A DNA stretch of 64,000 bases from a virus. The notes under the pieces are model-generated. The model was not told the origin of the DNA. It ran no database searches and saw only the letters and a list, made by a program, of their open reading frames with translations. The stretch covers positions 18,577 to 82,576 of the IMG/VR virus record IMGVR_UViG_3300020159_000429. One strand, given 5' to 3'. Shown piece after piece: positions 20,401 to 28,063 of the stretch; positions within the stretch are counted from its first letter, which is position 1, and every line of letters starts with the position of its first letter. The position numbers and the translations under genes were made by a program.

Positions 20401-23098
20401 GAACGATGAAATTTTAGATAGTCTTAATAGGATAGACAAATACTATACTCCAAAGGATGGTTATTTAGGAGTAGAAAAAAATCGAATTAACCCCAATGAC
20501 AATTTGAGTGAAATTGTATCAGATTATTCTCAACTTGTAACAGGTATTGATTACGGCGGCACTATTGTTCAAGGTGCTACATTTGATGTTGGAGCAGGCT
20601 GGGATGCTCTTCCATGGTTCACAGAAGGCTGGGACAGTGCTGAATTAAGCGAATCAGACTTTTATGTACTAGTTGACGGAAGCACTACATCTGTTGCGTT
20701 ACCAGAAATTCCAGCACAAGGTACTAATATCAACGTCTATGTTAAACGATCTACTACTGGTAAAACTGTTAGGTTAGATTATCACACATTTGACGAGTAT
20801 CAACTGAACAATTCAATTGAAGATGTTCCGCCGGAAAATGCTGTTATGAACACATTTATTGGAGACGGATCAACCGCGTCAATCTTATTACCACAAACAG
20901 CTAACCTTGAGTCTGGAGATTTATTAATATTCCGTCCAGATACTAGTGACGGCAGTTTAACAATTGGCGGAAGAAACAGTATTGACGCTTATATTTCTGG
21001 CGGTTCGTTATCTGGGATGTCGCCTTATTCAACCGCTACCGGAACTACAGCTGCAGAAATATTACTTGACGGCGATCGATTTATTAGCCCTGAACAAGTT
21101 CCAGCACCAGAAGAAAATGTTCCAGGTCAAGTATTAGAAACTTTAAGTTTCAAAGTATTCCATACATTAAGAAGCGGATCGGCATCGGTGTTGTCAAGAA
21201 TTTATATTGCTGACGGAACATCGGTATTGTTTAATATTGGTCAATCTATTATCAACAATTCTAATATAATTGTGTTTGTTAACAAAGTTAAAAAACTATT
21301 AAACACTGATTTTATTATTGATCCGTCGACAAATGATATTCGATTTATTGGCACCGCACCAGCCAATAATAACATTATTGAAATCTTCAGTATGGGCGGC
21401 GGCGGTCAGGGTATACTAGATTATATTGAATTTGTTGGTGACGGAAATACTCGATATTTCTTAACAGGAGCAAGTTTTAGCGAAACAACAACAATATTTG
21501 CCAGCGTTGATAATCAAGAAGTAGATGTTGGATTTATTAACAGTAGTCAGTTAACAGAAACTAAAAACAACACATTAGTTGAGTTTGGTGTTGCTCCTGC
21601 TATTGGAACAAAAATCATACTTATACCACTATCTAATGATAACAGACCGTTAATCAAAATAAATCATTTTGACATTGTGTTAGATGGTAACACAGAAGAA
21701 TATGCTATTCCAATGTTCAGCGGATTAGATATTGACCCTGCCGGGGATATGATAGTTGAACTTAACGGAGAATTGTTACGCACTGTCGAAACAACATATA
21801 AAGTGTATGATGGAAATAATAGAATACCAATTGGTTTAGATACTCCGAGAGCTCCTGGCACTGTTATCTTTACAGATCTTCGTGTGTTTATTGATAATGT
21901 TTTAAAAACATTTGGTATAGATTTTATATTCACATCTGAAGACAATACTGTAACTTTAATTAGGCCAGTTAACATTGGAGCAGTTATCCGTATTGAAGAT
22001 TCATCTGGTGGACAATATAGTATACTAGGTACATCTATTGTACTAGGACAAACTGCTGCTTTCTCTACAGGTGATACATTGTCTGTAACATGGTTTGATC
22101 GTTATACTGAATTAGACATAATCAAAGATGAGTTTACTGGCGGAAAAGTTAGCTATTCTTTACAAAGACCGCTACTGGGACTATCGTATGTTTGGGTTTA
22201 TCAGAATGGCGAACGCTTAATTCCTGATATAGATTTTTATGTAGAATTACCAAGAACTGTATATCTACGTAATCCTACTACAGATACAGATATAATTGAG
22301 ACTGTTAGTTTTGGCGATGTATTATATACCGCACCGTTATCTTTTGAAATTTTTAAAGATGTGTTGAATAGAAATCATTACAATAGATATCGAATTACTG
22401 AGTTAAATCTTTCTAAAGATTTGTATTATTACGATAATGATCTTTCTTTAAATAATGCAAGTTCGTTACCAACTCCAAGTAAAGGACAGCCTGGAATTAT
22501 AACTATCCAAGGTGAAAAAATACAGTATCTTTCTAAAGAAGGAAATATTCTTAAAAATATTAGACGCGGTATGTTTGGAACATCAATCAAATCCGTACAT
22601 TCCCAAGGTACTACAGTTGTTGATACCGGATATTTAGAATTCATGCCGTATCAAGAATCCCAAGAAAAGGAAGATTTTGTGTCTGACGGTACATCTAATT
22701 TAATTGGACCGCTATCATTTGTGCCTGAAAAAACAGTAGTTTCTAACTGGCACAGAGATACAATTCCTGAGAGTTTTGGCCGTTGTGACTATATTGAAGT
22801 CTTTGCCGGTGGCCGCCGTCTAAGAAAAGATGCTATTCAAGTTTACAATTCAACAGTTGGAGCATACAGTCCTGCTGGTGACGTAACTGTAGAAGCAGAA
22901 TTCTCTGTAGATGGAATTACAGAAAATATTAGATTGACTACCGCCGTAGCAGCTGGTACACGAATTACAGTTATTCGCAGACAGGGTAGATTGTGGTATG
23001 ATCGCGGTGATACAACCGCTACAACAGGTCAAGGATTAAGCTATAGCGACACCGCTAATGCTAAGTTCTTACAAAATAGCAGTACAAAATTAACATAA
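8429..23098 (+). CDS. Giant (4889 aa) modular baseplate/adhesin protein in the gp7 position
   Basis: Uninterrupted 14.7-kb ORF coupled (TAATG) to the gp6-like gene; contains CBM5/12-like W..Y..GD.V.Y repeats, FG-GAP-like repeats and GSGY..P repeats. Confidence 0.75.
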   Translation: MSNKIFKKSELPLRRTVELLPDTFKTSTNDKFLSATLDALVQPGTLDRLSGFVGRKYGKTYNSRDIYVDAEASLRSAYQLEPSVVVEANGKVKKSYDYIDLKNQLKFFSNISERDDIVTNQKQYTWSPPVDWDKFVNYREYYWLPVGPETLSVAGQTEEVESTYRVRSDGQNEWIFYPDGLKRNPQLTLYRGQTYSFDVNSPGDPFFIRTGNLLGEQLNYNKGVTNNGTEVGTVTFQIPLDAPDLLYYQSGTNINRVGSFVVASVTDNSFINVEQEVLGKINYTSSNNVVFTNGLKIQFIGKVEPAIYKGTTWLVEGVGESIKLVNFAELEIPPIEVSDIEITFDDGGFDTQPFDDASSYPTRKDYITINKASNDKNPWSRYNRWFHRSVIEYSAAKNGVPPAVTEIDRAKRPIVEFQPNLQLFNHGSVSKKSIDLIDNFTSDVFSTIEGSAGYNIDGQQLNDGDRVLFVNDPDPFVKNKIFVVNFIRVQTSANILNRIQISLVEAEDSNPVFGESVIVSKGSPSNKGRMFHFDGDNWVKSQLKTKINQSPLFDLYDSDGVSFSDSQRYETSTFFGSELLSYKVGTGPVDTELDFPLSYLNINNSGDIVFEVDFETDKFVYQSAGQTVVGTTASGFFKNTESNEFSNSWIDYNSTLYQPIVETTLVSTNTNTIESKACLWTTDATEHILFYINGEKFNGTFTDSIGVESRTFVFDQTFNSGDVVTIKIYTDANPDLGYYEIPLPLEKNPLNQNLTQFTLGQANDHVRSMIEVDTGFQGIFPGSSNIRDISNYRQNGRRFIKHSGLSVAAYPLMCDKDINLVKSLRYAASEYEKFKNNFIKLAGDLNFDQRSTIEFVDVILEKMSKTNVIEFPFSTSDMIGSGAFRAINYTVEDEGITTFALSQKFDLETISQQAVYVYVNDLQLLYKFDYEFDSTFGFVKLLVELHEGDRIEIREYLSTSYNFIPETPTKLGLYKKFTPRIYLDNTFIEPAEVIQGHDGSIIIAFGDFRDQVILELEKRIYNNIKINYDSSIYDIDSLSGGYQANALFEIDVVNAVIEPEFLKWANNLGIDIYKNDIYQAENPFTYTYFRASDKQKRVKLPQAWRGIYNYLYDTDRPHICPWEMLGFSEQPVWWEDEYGPAPYTRGNLLLWEDLEQGLIRQGPTAGINLRYARPGLLTYLPVNDIGQLLSPQEATAIIDYSLNRINEDYQFGDHGPVENAWRRSSLYPFSLMIAAAILTPFDFISSNFDKTKITKNILGQLVDKNTGTFINKDSLIYSLENSPAGVFTYVQNYLKFNSMNLSVLTDIFKNIDVKLTHRIGGFVEKDRQRYILESKSPTSKSAAVFIPPEDYQIIFNTSTPVKSISYSGMVVEKVDGGFKLFGYDRLNSFFTCYDFYQQLNDPTLTVGGISEKYLDWDAERFYGKGTVVRYQSLYYRCITNHTSGATFISENFVRLPTLPLTGAIESIKRTKFNKTSLKRVAYNSVFTTIQEVVDVILGYSEWLTDQGLVFDEFNKDLASPNDWELSAKEFMFWTSHNWAVGALIALSPAAAMLKIANVGSVAENILDNFYDYNIFRNDGTKIPASDIQVYRSYNEFILTPLDTTAEGIYFAKINFVQKEHVAVFNDKTMFGDVIFDKGPGYRQERMKLVGFRTTDWDGDYTSPGFIYDEANIDPWESFKDYKLGDIVQYRQYYYVTKKSHTGTSEFDANNWERLDSYPTAGLVANFDYKINQIEDYFELGYQGIDDTEKQLARHTIGYQKRNYLEELAQDEVTQFRIYQGFIREKGTQNSITKIFDKLSKLDQDAIELKEEWAFLLGSFGGSAQFKELELLIDQKDIKLNPQPIIIDSRGLSKVNYQNYILTAPNNFTIGNADYKFPTKTYPVAESSAGYVYSGDVDFIVKTRDNLYALDINQLKDGSTVWVTFDNTGWTVLRYTITDVIIGAVAVVDTTSVTMETNKPHGIKVGEIIGINNVRFLEGFWKVKLVAPTTIIIEIAGYDEEPVIDESSFATISIFEPLRVGSYDSLVSDRFAAYREGTKTWLDDNGSGNWEVLEKRRVYSPISVANYGVAFPTGTGKSVLFIEGRNQTVSANPGQVVPTGEVIRESAVVVYGQSQEGLIPLQILNPNSNLRSVFLGTYGEVLSASKDGRWLMVGSPKVSNIPSNYKETFSPTATYNPGDTVLYAGKLWQAQRTVLGDGSTIDIASDDWSPATEHLANPLGIGLYDVNQGYRQQGALEIFEYDEVFSQYQLRHTIISPRPAHGEHFASTITLGKREGIEGTSGDVTLTISAIDEVGGILAVSAQGESGLVDARFSNVSGIDISLPGSNATFDVLKSNNTYTVLVRTGGTRYAVGDRIKITGSNLLGLTPFNDLIITVTAVTSSGEIVGSATYNNISGINSILPAVAATFRVAKSDTRYSVTKIIGGQGYASRSIVRYSGRLYACIKDTRVDFGVWDPNRTYQIGDVVKYPANSTAYYTALGLNTGVLPTNETTWEVAEPIFPTNQEYWEQVSGAIFAETAVEWSDLNLQGTRINYTAGTIIVIPGSQLGGIDGQHNITIRINSVTAETAIDNYSFRGTASSGIIWSGVGTSGERQFNDLQGEDISEPGQGAIFDVIRENGNYLAVVNVAGTRYNVGDQIRLLGTTLGGVEESYYMLVGAPGSRDESGRSYLYKFDGAGWKHLDDPNFVGVYTSSKNYPVGSRVWYNTSYWQAIENVPALPNNQPGVGSWEEVAEINVGIMPASAAYVDDGSTIQQGLLGDVEFLNIGSNFGTSSAFNKDASLLVVSAPKNDTADFENFRGVWKNNINYSVGQVVKKGIFYYNCLINNVNTAPETAQSVWQENTDSTLGKTGAVFVYERDEFDTYNLIQTIDADQVELEAGDEFGHKSILTESGTRLFVSAPNFDYLGKDQGSVFIFDKVAGQFVLTQKLNGIVMEPGERFGANISVSPDEKTLAISAEGARTYKTTIFDSGQTAFDRFVTNFRDSQGITGKVYVYNNFTGAFVLSEILDQGLNTNEDFGQGLAVANSSIIVGSPSYISDDPAFNTVRIGRLQKFDKVPGVKPWYTIRKQTDQVNIDLLKTLSLYDKFNNVKIADIDILDPYKGKILSEADQHINFKTSYDPAVYSVGTDLSAVDIDQSWQSDKVGLIWWDLSAIKWNLSEQDSLAFRNGNWGSSAVGSSVDIYEWVESSLRPSEWNQITETSEAFVEGISGTALYGDDSNYSVRVILDTTTGLPLNTIYYYWVKNKSTIPPAVNRIFSAQQIASYISSPASSGLPYALLTSENTLSLVNTSSVVDQDEFIINIQFYEEEKDINLVHTEYQLLSEGALALPNTELENKWIDSLIGEDIAGQAVPDRKLSSKLRYGISARPRQTMFVNRNNAVNLTIEYINNILKNKPFAENIDYINLNLIDNAPSNIKNLYDQVLETEAELRFIATSKIKTAVLKANIVNGHINTVDVIDGGYGYKLPPSIKIVGSGTGASLRTVLNQNGSITSVTVVNQGKKYLTASLIVRPFSVLVNTDSTVNNFWSIYSLDEKNKEFYRSATQSFDTTKFWNKVDWWLPPFNNTSKIRKSIAGLYEEPGLELALGELVRLDNYGAGGWAVLERVTADQADIAGKYRLVGRKLGTIQIINKFYNTDIESTGYDLTQAFDSNKYDTSAAIEFRNILRAVKEDIFVDELAVEWNKLFFACVRCVFSEQLYVDWAFKTSFVNATHNVGYLEKKLNYKNDNLSSYQSYIEEVKPYRTKIRNYVSKYFNIENANQVTTDFDLPPVWDANTNSVKIINSNSLEIDQYPWKLWKDNNHYSVVEIKLVSVGTGYSSVPQIVFVGGGGSGATAQAYISNGKISKILLTNPGSGYTSAPTVSVVGGVGSNLQNAAKAIAVIGDSKVRTFDMKIKFDRISKTPKFKSYSFDEKFKETENFVAGNKQTAYRLKYAPSLDQSTISVSVNGGRLLASQYSITLSEERINGVTELVGNLILNVAANLNGVVSITYQKNDEILDSLNRIDKYYTPKDGYLGVEKNRINPNDNLSEIVSDYSQLVTGIDYGGTIVQGATFDVGAGWDALPWFTEGWDSAELSESDFYVLVDGSTTSVALPEIPAQGTNINVYVKRSTTGKTVRLDYHTFDEYQLNNSIEDVPPENAVMNTFIGDGSTASILLPQTANLESGDLLIFRPDTSDGSLTIGGRNSIDAYISGGSLSGMSPYSTATGTTAAEILLDGDRFISPEQVPAPEENVPGQVLETLSFKVFHTLRSGSASVLSRIYIADGTSVLFNIGQSIINNSNIIVFVNKVKKLLNTDFIIDPSTNDIRFIGTAPANNNIIEIFSMGGGGQGILDYIEFVGDGNTRYFLTGASFSETTTIFASVDNQEVDVGFINSSQLTETKNNTLVEFGVAPAIGTKIILIPLSNDNRPLIKINHFDIVLDGNTEEYAIPMFSGLDIDPAGDMIVELNGELLRTVETTYKVYDGNNRIPIGLDTPRAPGTVIFTDLRVFIDNVLKTFGIDFIFTSEDNTVTLIRPVNIGAVIRIEDSSGGQYSILGTSIVLGQTAAFSTGDTLSVTWFDRYTELDIIKDEFTGGKVSYSLQRPLLGLSYVWVYQNGERLIPDIDFYVELPRTVYLRNPTTDTDIIETVSFGDVLYTAPLSFEIFKDVLNRNHYNRYRITELNLSKDLYYYDNDLSLNNASSLPTPSKGQPGIITIQGEKIQYLSKEGNILKNIRRGMFGTSIKSVHSQGTTVVDTGYLEFMPYQESQEKEDFVSDGTSNLIGPLSFVPEKTVVSNWHRDTIPESFGRCDYIEVFAGGRRLRKDAIQVYNSTVGAYSPAGDVTVEAEFSVDGITENIRLTTAVAAGTRITVIRRQGRLWYDRGDTTATTGQGLSYSDTANAKFLQNSSTKLT

Positions 23099-23104
23099 TA
23101 AATA
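23098..23104 (+). promoter_or_regulatory. Late promoter ATAAATA
   Basis: ATAAATA overlapping the stop of the giant ORF, 6 nt before the next ATG. Confidence 0.55.
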
Positions 23105-23110
23105 CATGAT

Positions 23111-23773
23111 ATGAATAAAGATGAGTCTAAAACTATGCTAGAACAACCTACACAGCAACAAATTACTGAAAAGAAACCCGACGAAAAAGGTGGGTTTCAC
23201 GTTGAGGGTCATATAAAGATATTTGATCCAGAAACCAACGAAGTCTTAATTGACAAAAGAAATGCTATTCACTACGAAAATATGTCGGTAGCAATGGCAC
23301 AAAGTTTATCAAATCAAGGACAGGGATGGATCTCAGCAATGGTATTTGGTAATGGCGGAACGGTTGTAGATCCTACAGGATTAATCACGTACCTTACACC
23401 AAACACCAACGGCACAAACTCTAGTCTTTATTCGCAAACATACAGTAAAGTAGTAGATCAAAATTCTGCTACTAATAACGACCCAATTAGAAATAAGATG
23501 GAAATTAGGCACATAACTGGAGCAACTTATACAGATATTGTTGTTAGTTGCTTACTAGATTACGGAGAGCCAAGTTCACAGGAAGCATTTGATAATTCTG
23601 TTGATATGGCAGGCGAGTTCGTATTTGATGAACTTGGCCTCAAAGCCGCTGGCACAGACAAATTATTAACACACGTTATTTTTCACCCTGTACAGAAGTC
23701 ATTAAACAGACTTATTCAGATTGATTACACAATTAGAATACAGAGCTTAACTGGTTTTACTGAGGTACAATAA
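23111..23773 (+). CDS. Virion structural protein (baseplate / fibre attachment)
   Basis: FDELGL...LLTHVIFHPVQKSLNR pattern resembles fibre-attachment domains; synteny between baseplate and fibre genes. Confidence 0.55.
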   Translation: MNKDESKTMLEQPTQQQITEKKPDEKGGFHVEGHIKIFDPETNEVLIDKRNAIHYENMSVAMAQSLSNQGQGWISAMVFGNGGTVVDPTGLITYLTPNTNGTNSSLYSQTYSKVVDQNSATNNDPIRNKMEIRHITGATYTDIVVSCLLDYGEPSSQEAFDNSVDMAGEFVFDELGLKAAGTDKLLTHVIFHPVQKSLNRLIQIDYTIRIQSLTGFTEVQ

Positions 23774-25966
23774 TGGCATATAACGTAAATTTTACCGACA
23801 GCACATTACATCCAGAACCGTTGTCGGTTCCTGATAATTTTCCTAATACATCAACTAGCCTTTCTTTGCCTGGTAGAAACCAAACTGGATATGGTAAATC
23901 GATTGCTGAAAACTTTATTCATCTTTTAGAAAATTTTGCCAGCGGAACACCTCCATCATCAGCAGAGTCGATAGTTGGGCAACTTTGGTTTAATTCTGAT
24001 GAAAATAAACTTTATGTATTTGACGGAATTGATTATAAAACCCAGCAACATCAGTACAGGAGTTAACGAGCCAGATGGTGTTAGTCTAGGCGATTTATGG
24101 GTTAACTCAAGTACTCAACAATTATATTTGTGGTCTGGTACTAACTGGGTTTTAATTGGACCTCAGTTTAGTGAAGGTACTAAATCGGGCCCATTAGTTG
24201 AAACAATTTTAGATATTGATAACGTTGAGCGTACTGTAATTATATTATATACAAAAGATGTACCAGTTTCGATTGTTAGTAAAGATAATTTTATTCCTAA
24301 AGTAGTAATACAAGGATTTCCTTCAATTGGCGCTGGTATCAACATAACATCTAGAACTGATATTTCTGAGGCAGTTGTAGCTCCGAGATTAGTGGGAGTA
24401 GCAAGAGCAGCAGATGGTCTAGTTGTAGGTACAGATGAAATACCGTCGTCTAGTTTTATCAGAACAGACACAACTGGTACTATTCAGGCACAGTTTAACG
24501 TTCGAGACGATGCTGGTTTGTTTGTAGGAACCAACGGAAATATTAATCTAGGTGTTAAATCATCTAGCGGAATTCTTTATAATTCTACTCCAGGTGCTGC
24601 TATTGACTTACAGACAACACGAACAGGTGCTGCTGGATTGCCAACGACTGTTGTTAGAATTGTTGAAGAGCGTGTTGGTATTAACAATACCAATCCTCAA
24701 CAACCTCTAGATGTAGGCGGAAATGTCAAAGTAGCTGGCGAGTTCATTAACACATCTGAACAACAATCTTCAAATCTAAGTAATGGTGCTATACAAACAG
24801 CTGGCGGATTAGCTGTTGCTAAAAATGTAAACATTGGCGGAGACCTATCTGTACTAAATGGTAACATTTTTTCTAAATCAATTAAACCATTAACAACATC
24901 AGAAACTATTGGTGATACTGCTAATAGATACAGTACCATTTATGCTAATACTATTGATGCTTCAACAATCAAAGGCAACTTGAGTGGTAACATTGCTGGT
25001 AACGCACAAACCGCTACTTCTTTACAATCTGCTACTAATTTTAAATTAGAAGGCGACGTATCAAGTAACGTTGTTGTTTTCAACGGTACAGGCAACTTAA
25101 CAAAAACGTTTGTAACAACATTAACTTCGGATATTATTTCAACTAAATCAGCATTGGGTAATGTTAGGGATACTGACGAACTGCTAGTTTATCGAAGCAC
25201 ACTGGGTCTAAGAAAAATGACCCGAGAAACATTTATCGACGATGCCGGAGTACCAATTGGAGCAGTATTGCCTTATGCTGGACCTATTGCTCCGGTGGGA
25301 TATGTACTGTGCGACGGATCCGAATACGAAGCTTATCGATATAGAGATCTATATGATGTGATTGGATCTAATGTCAATTACAAAAACTTAGGAAGAACAG
25401 CAAACCTTGATCTTAAAGGATCAGACAAAGGAGCAACGTTCCGCGTGCCAGATCTAAGAGGAAGATTTGTCTTAGGCAAGCAGGACATGAATGCAGGCAC
25501 TACTATTCCATTTCCGGGCGGTAATAATAGTCCTGATGCAAGTATTCCATTATCTGAAGTTGGCGGCAACAGAGTGTTAGACACATCATCAGCAAACAAT
25601 TTAGGACGTGCTGGCGGTGCTGATCAGTATACGCTACAAACAGCTAACGTTCCTGATCACGAACATGATATGTATGGTAGAAGTTCTGCTAATTCACGGG
25701 CAACACAATATTATGCTATTACAGAATCGCCAGTATCTAATTTAGACTATCAACCAGGCGGTGCTGTATCAAATATAAGAATAGATGGTGGCACTGTAGC
25801 AAACGGTGCTCAAGCAATGGCATCGTCTGGATTAGTTAAAGTCACAGATGAAAATAAAAGAAGACCAGGATTTGCTGATTCGCAAACCGGCAAGCCTTTC
25901 ACAGTAATGAATCCGTTTATCACGTTGAACTACATTATTAGAAGTGGAAGACCAAACAATGACTAA
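23773..25966 (+). CDS. Tail fibre with tail-collar domain, split by a frameshift near 24040 (ORFs 23773-24066 and 23975-25966)
   Basis: First ORF carries the N-terminal module shared with four paralogs; similarity continues in the other frame (PSNISTG...GDLW...VLIGP); C-terminal collar motif PIGAVLPYAG..AP.GY.LCDG...FRVPDLRGRF. Confidence 0.8.
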
Positions 25967-25978
25967 TGGAGCGAGTTA

Positions 25979-28048
25979 ATGGCGTATACCGTAAATAAAA
26001 CAGATGGGTCAATAGTAGCCACTGTATCTGATGGACAAATTGATCAGGGCTCAACAGACTTAACACTAATTGGTAAAAATTTTAGTGGGTTTGGTGATTA
26101 CCTTAATGAAAATTTTATCCATCTGCTAGAAAACTTTGCCGGACAATCACAACCTGGTCAACCTATTGTTGGACAATTATGGTTTGACACTTCAGAAAAT
26201 AGAATTAAAGTATATTCCGGCAGCGAATGGAAATCAGTAGGCACATCGTCATTATCAGTATCTAGGCCGTTAGACATTAGTACTGGTGACTTTTGGTACA
26301 ATACTTCAACTGCTCAATTGTTTTTCTTTGATGGAACTAGAGATGTACTAGTAGCACCTCTATATAGTTCCGCTCAGGGATTCAGTGGTGTTAAGGTTGA
26401 ATCTGTTGAAGACTCGGATAGACGAAATAAAGTTATTACAGGAATTTATTCCGGTGGAATTTTAATGGGCTACTATAGTGCTCAAGAATTTCAATTAAGA
26501 AACCCAATTACTGACTACAATACTGTTAATCAAAATTTAGAAGTTATTCCTAACACTTTAATAAAAATAGGTTTTAACATAGCAGACCCGGCATATAAAT
26601 GGCAGGGTACAACAGTTAATTCAGATAGGTTAGGTGATGTTGATGCTATTTCTTATGTTCGAAAAGATCTGCCTACTGTACTAACAGAGTCAGTGACCAT
26701 TCAACGAAATGATGGTTTATTCTTCGGCACCGGACCGCAGGGTCAGTTGGGTGTTGAAAACTTTAGAGATGTTACTCTACGAAATACAACAGAAGACGGT
26801 AAGATAACGTTAAGGTCAACACGAGCAGGCAGTTTATTAAATTATATTGTTATAACACCTAACTCTTCTGGTACAGATCTAATACAAATTGCTCCAACAA
26901 ATCCTTTAAGTTTAACAACTATTGGCGGTAGTTTAGAAATTACTGGAAACTTAACTGTGTTAGGTAACCTTGTTAGTGTTGATGTTTCAACTCTACAGGT
27001 TGAAGATAAAAATATCGAATTAGGAAAAAAATCCGACGGATCAAATATTACTGATGCTCAAGCATATAATGGTGGTGTTGTTTTAAAAGGAACAACTGAC
27101 CACTACATGATATGGAACCAAGCAGAGTCAACAGTAGCCGATGAACAAGATTGGGACTTTAGTGAAAACATTGATATTCCAGCTACTAGATCTTATAAGA
27201 TTGGCGGGGTTGAAGTTCTTAGAAGCAACGGAGTAACTATTGAGTTGACCTCGGCAGTTACCATAGCCCCAGGTCTTATTAGCTTTGGTTCTCAAACCAG
27301 TCTTACTGCTGACAACATTATTATTGATGACAATAGAATTTCTAACAATGCTAGAAACACCAATTATGTAAACGGTGATCCTCCTAACCCAACAAACATA
27401 GTAATTGAACCATTGGGCGACGTGGAGTTTTTGGGAACCCCATCTCCTAGACTATTAGGAATAAGAACTACTGGTGAAGGTGCCATTAATCAAGTACAAG
27501 AAAGTTACACTTATCTTAATGCGGTTGATCCTTACGAATTACAAGAAGCTACATCTAAAAAATATGTTACTAACTTAGTTAGAACAAGAAGTATTCCGTT
27601 GACGTTAGATATTACAAAAAATACAAACAGCGGCCAGGGTACACAAGCAGAACAGCCATTAACTAACGCAGAAATTATTGCGTTAGTTACAGAAATATGT
27701 CCACCAGATGAATACGAAGAAAATACACTCTGCCGTATAGCAACAACTCGATACTATCAAGAAGATATTCAGCAACAAACATTTACCATCAACTATTCTA
27801 CATTGTATGAGGTAGACGGATCAGAAACACCCGGCGGCGTTGAAACACCACACGGTGTTGTATTAGACATAGAAAATCCAGTAGTCATTCCACAAAAAGC
27901 ACCACCGTTGCTATTTGTAAGACGAGGATTAATTGTTTTAAGATTAGAAAATATTTCTTCAACATTAACATGGGTAGTGTTTACTGCGTTGTCTGAAGAT
28001 CCGTCACCGTACCAAATTCCGTATAGTTCATACGGCACACGATTATAA
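25979..28048 (+). CDS. Tail fibre protein (paralog 2)
   Basis: Shared N-terminal module LIGKNFSGFG..LNENFIHLLENFA...GQLWFD. Confidence 0.75.
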   Translation: MAYTVNKTDGSIVATVSDGQIDQGSTDLTLIGKNFSGFGDYLNENFIHLLENFAGQSQPGQPIVGQLWFDTSENRIKVYSGSEWKSVGTSSLSVSRPLDISTGDFWYNTSTAQLFFFDGTRDVLVAPLYSSAQGFSGVKVESVEDSDRRNKVITGIYSGGILMGYYSAQEFQLRNPITDYNTVNQNLEVIPNTLIKIGFNIADPAYKWQGTTVNSDRLGDVDAISYVRKDLPTVLTESVTIQRNDGLFFGTGPQGQLGVENFRDVTLRNTTEDGKITLRSTRAGSLLNYIVITPNSSGTDLIQIAPTNPLSLTTIGGSLEITGNLTVLGNLVSVDVSTLQVEDKNIELGKKSDGSNITDAQAYNGGVVLKGTTDHYMIWNQAESTVADEQDWDFSENIDIPATRSYKIGGVEVLRSNGVTIELTSAVTIAPGLISFGSQTSLTADNIIIDDNRISNNARNTNYVNGDPPNPTNIVIEPLGDVEFLGTPSPRLLGIRTTGEGAINQVQESYTYLNAVDPYELQEATSKKYVTNLVRTRSIPLTLDITKNTNSGQGTQAEQPLTNAEIIALVTEICPPDEYEENTLCRIATTRYYQEDIQQQTFTINYSTLYEVDGSETPGGVETPHGVVLDIENPVVIPQKAPPLLFVRRGLIVLRLENISSTLTWVVFTALSEDPSPYQIPYSSYGTRL

Positions 28049-28063
28049 TAATGGAAGAGCGAA

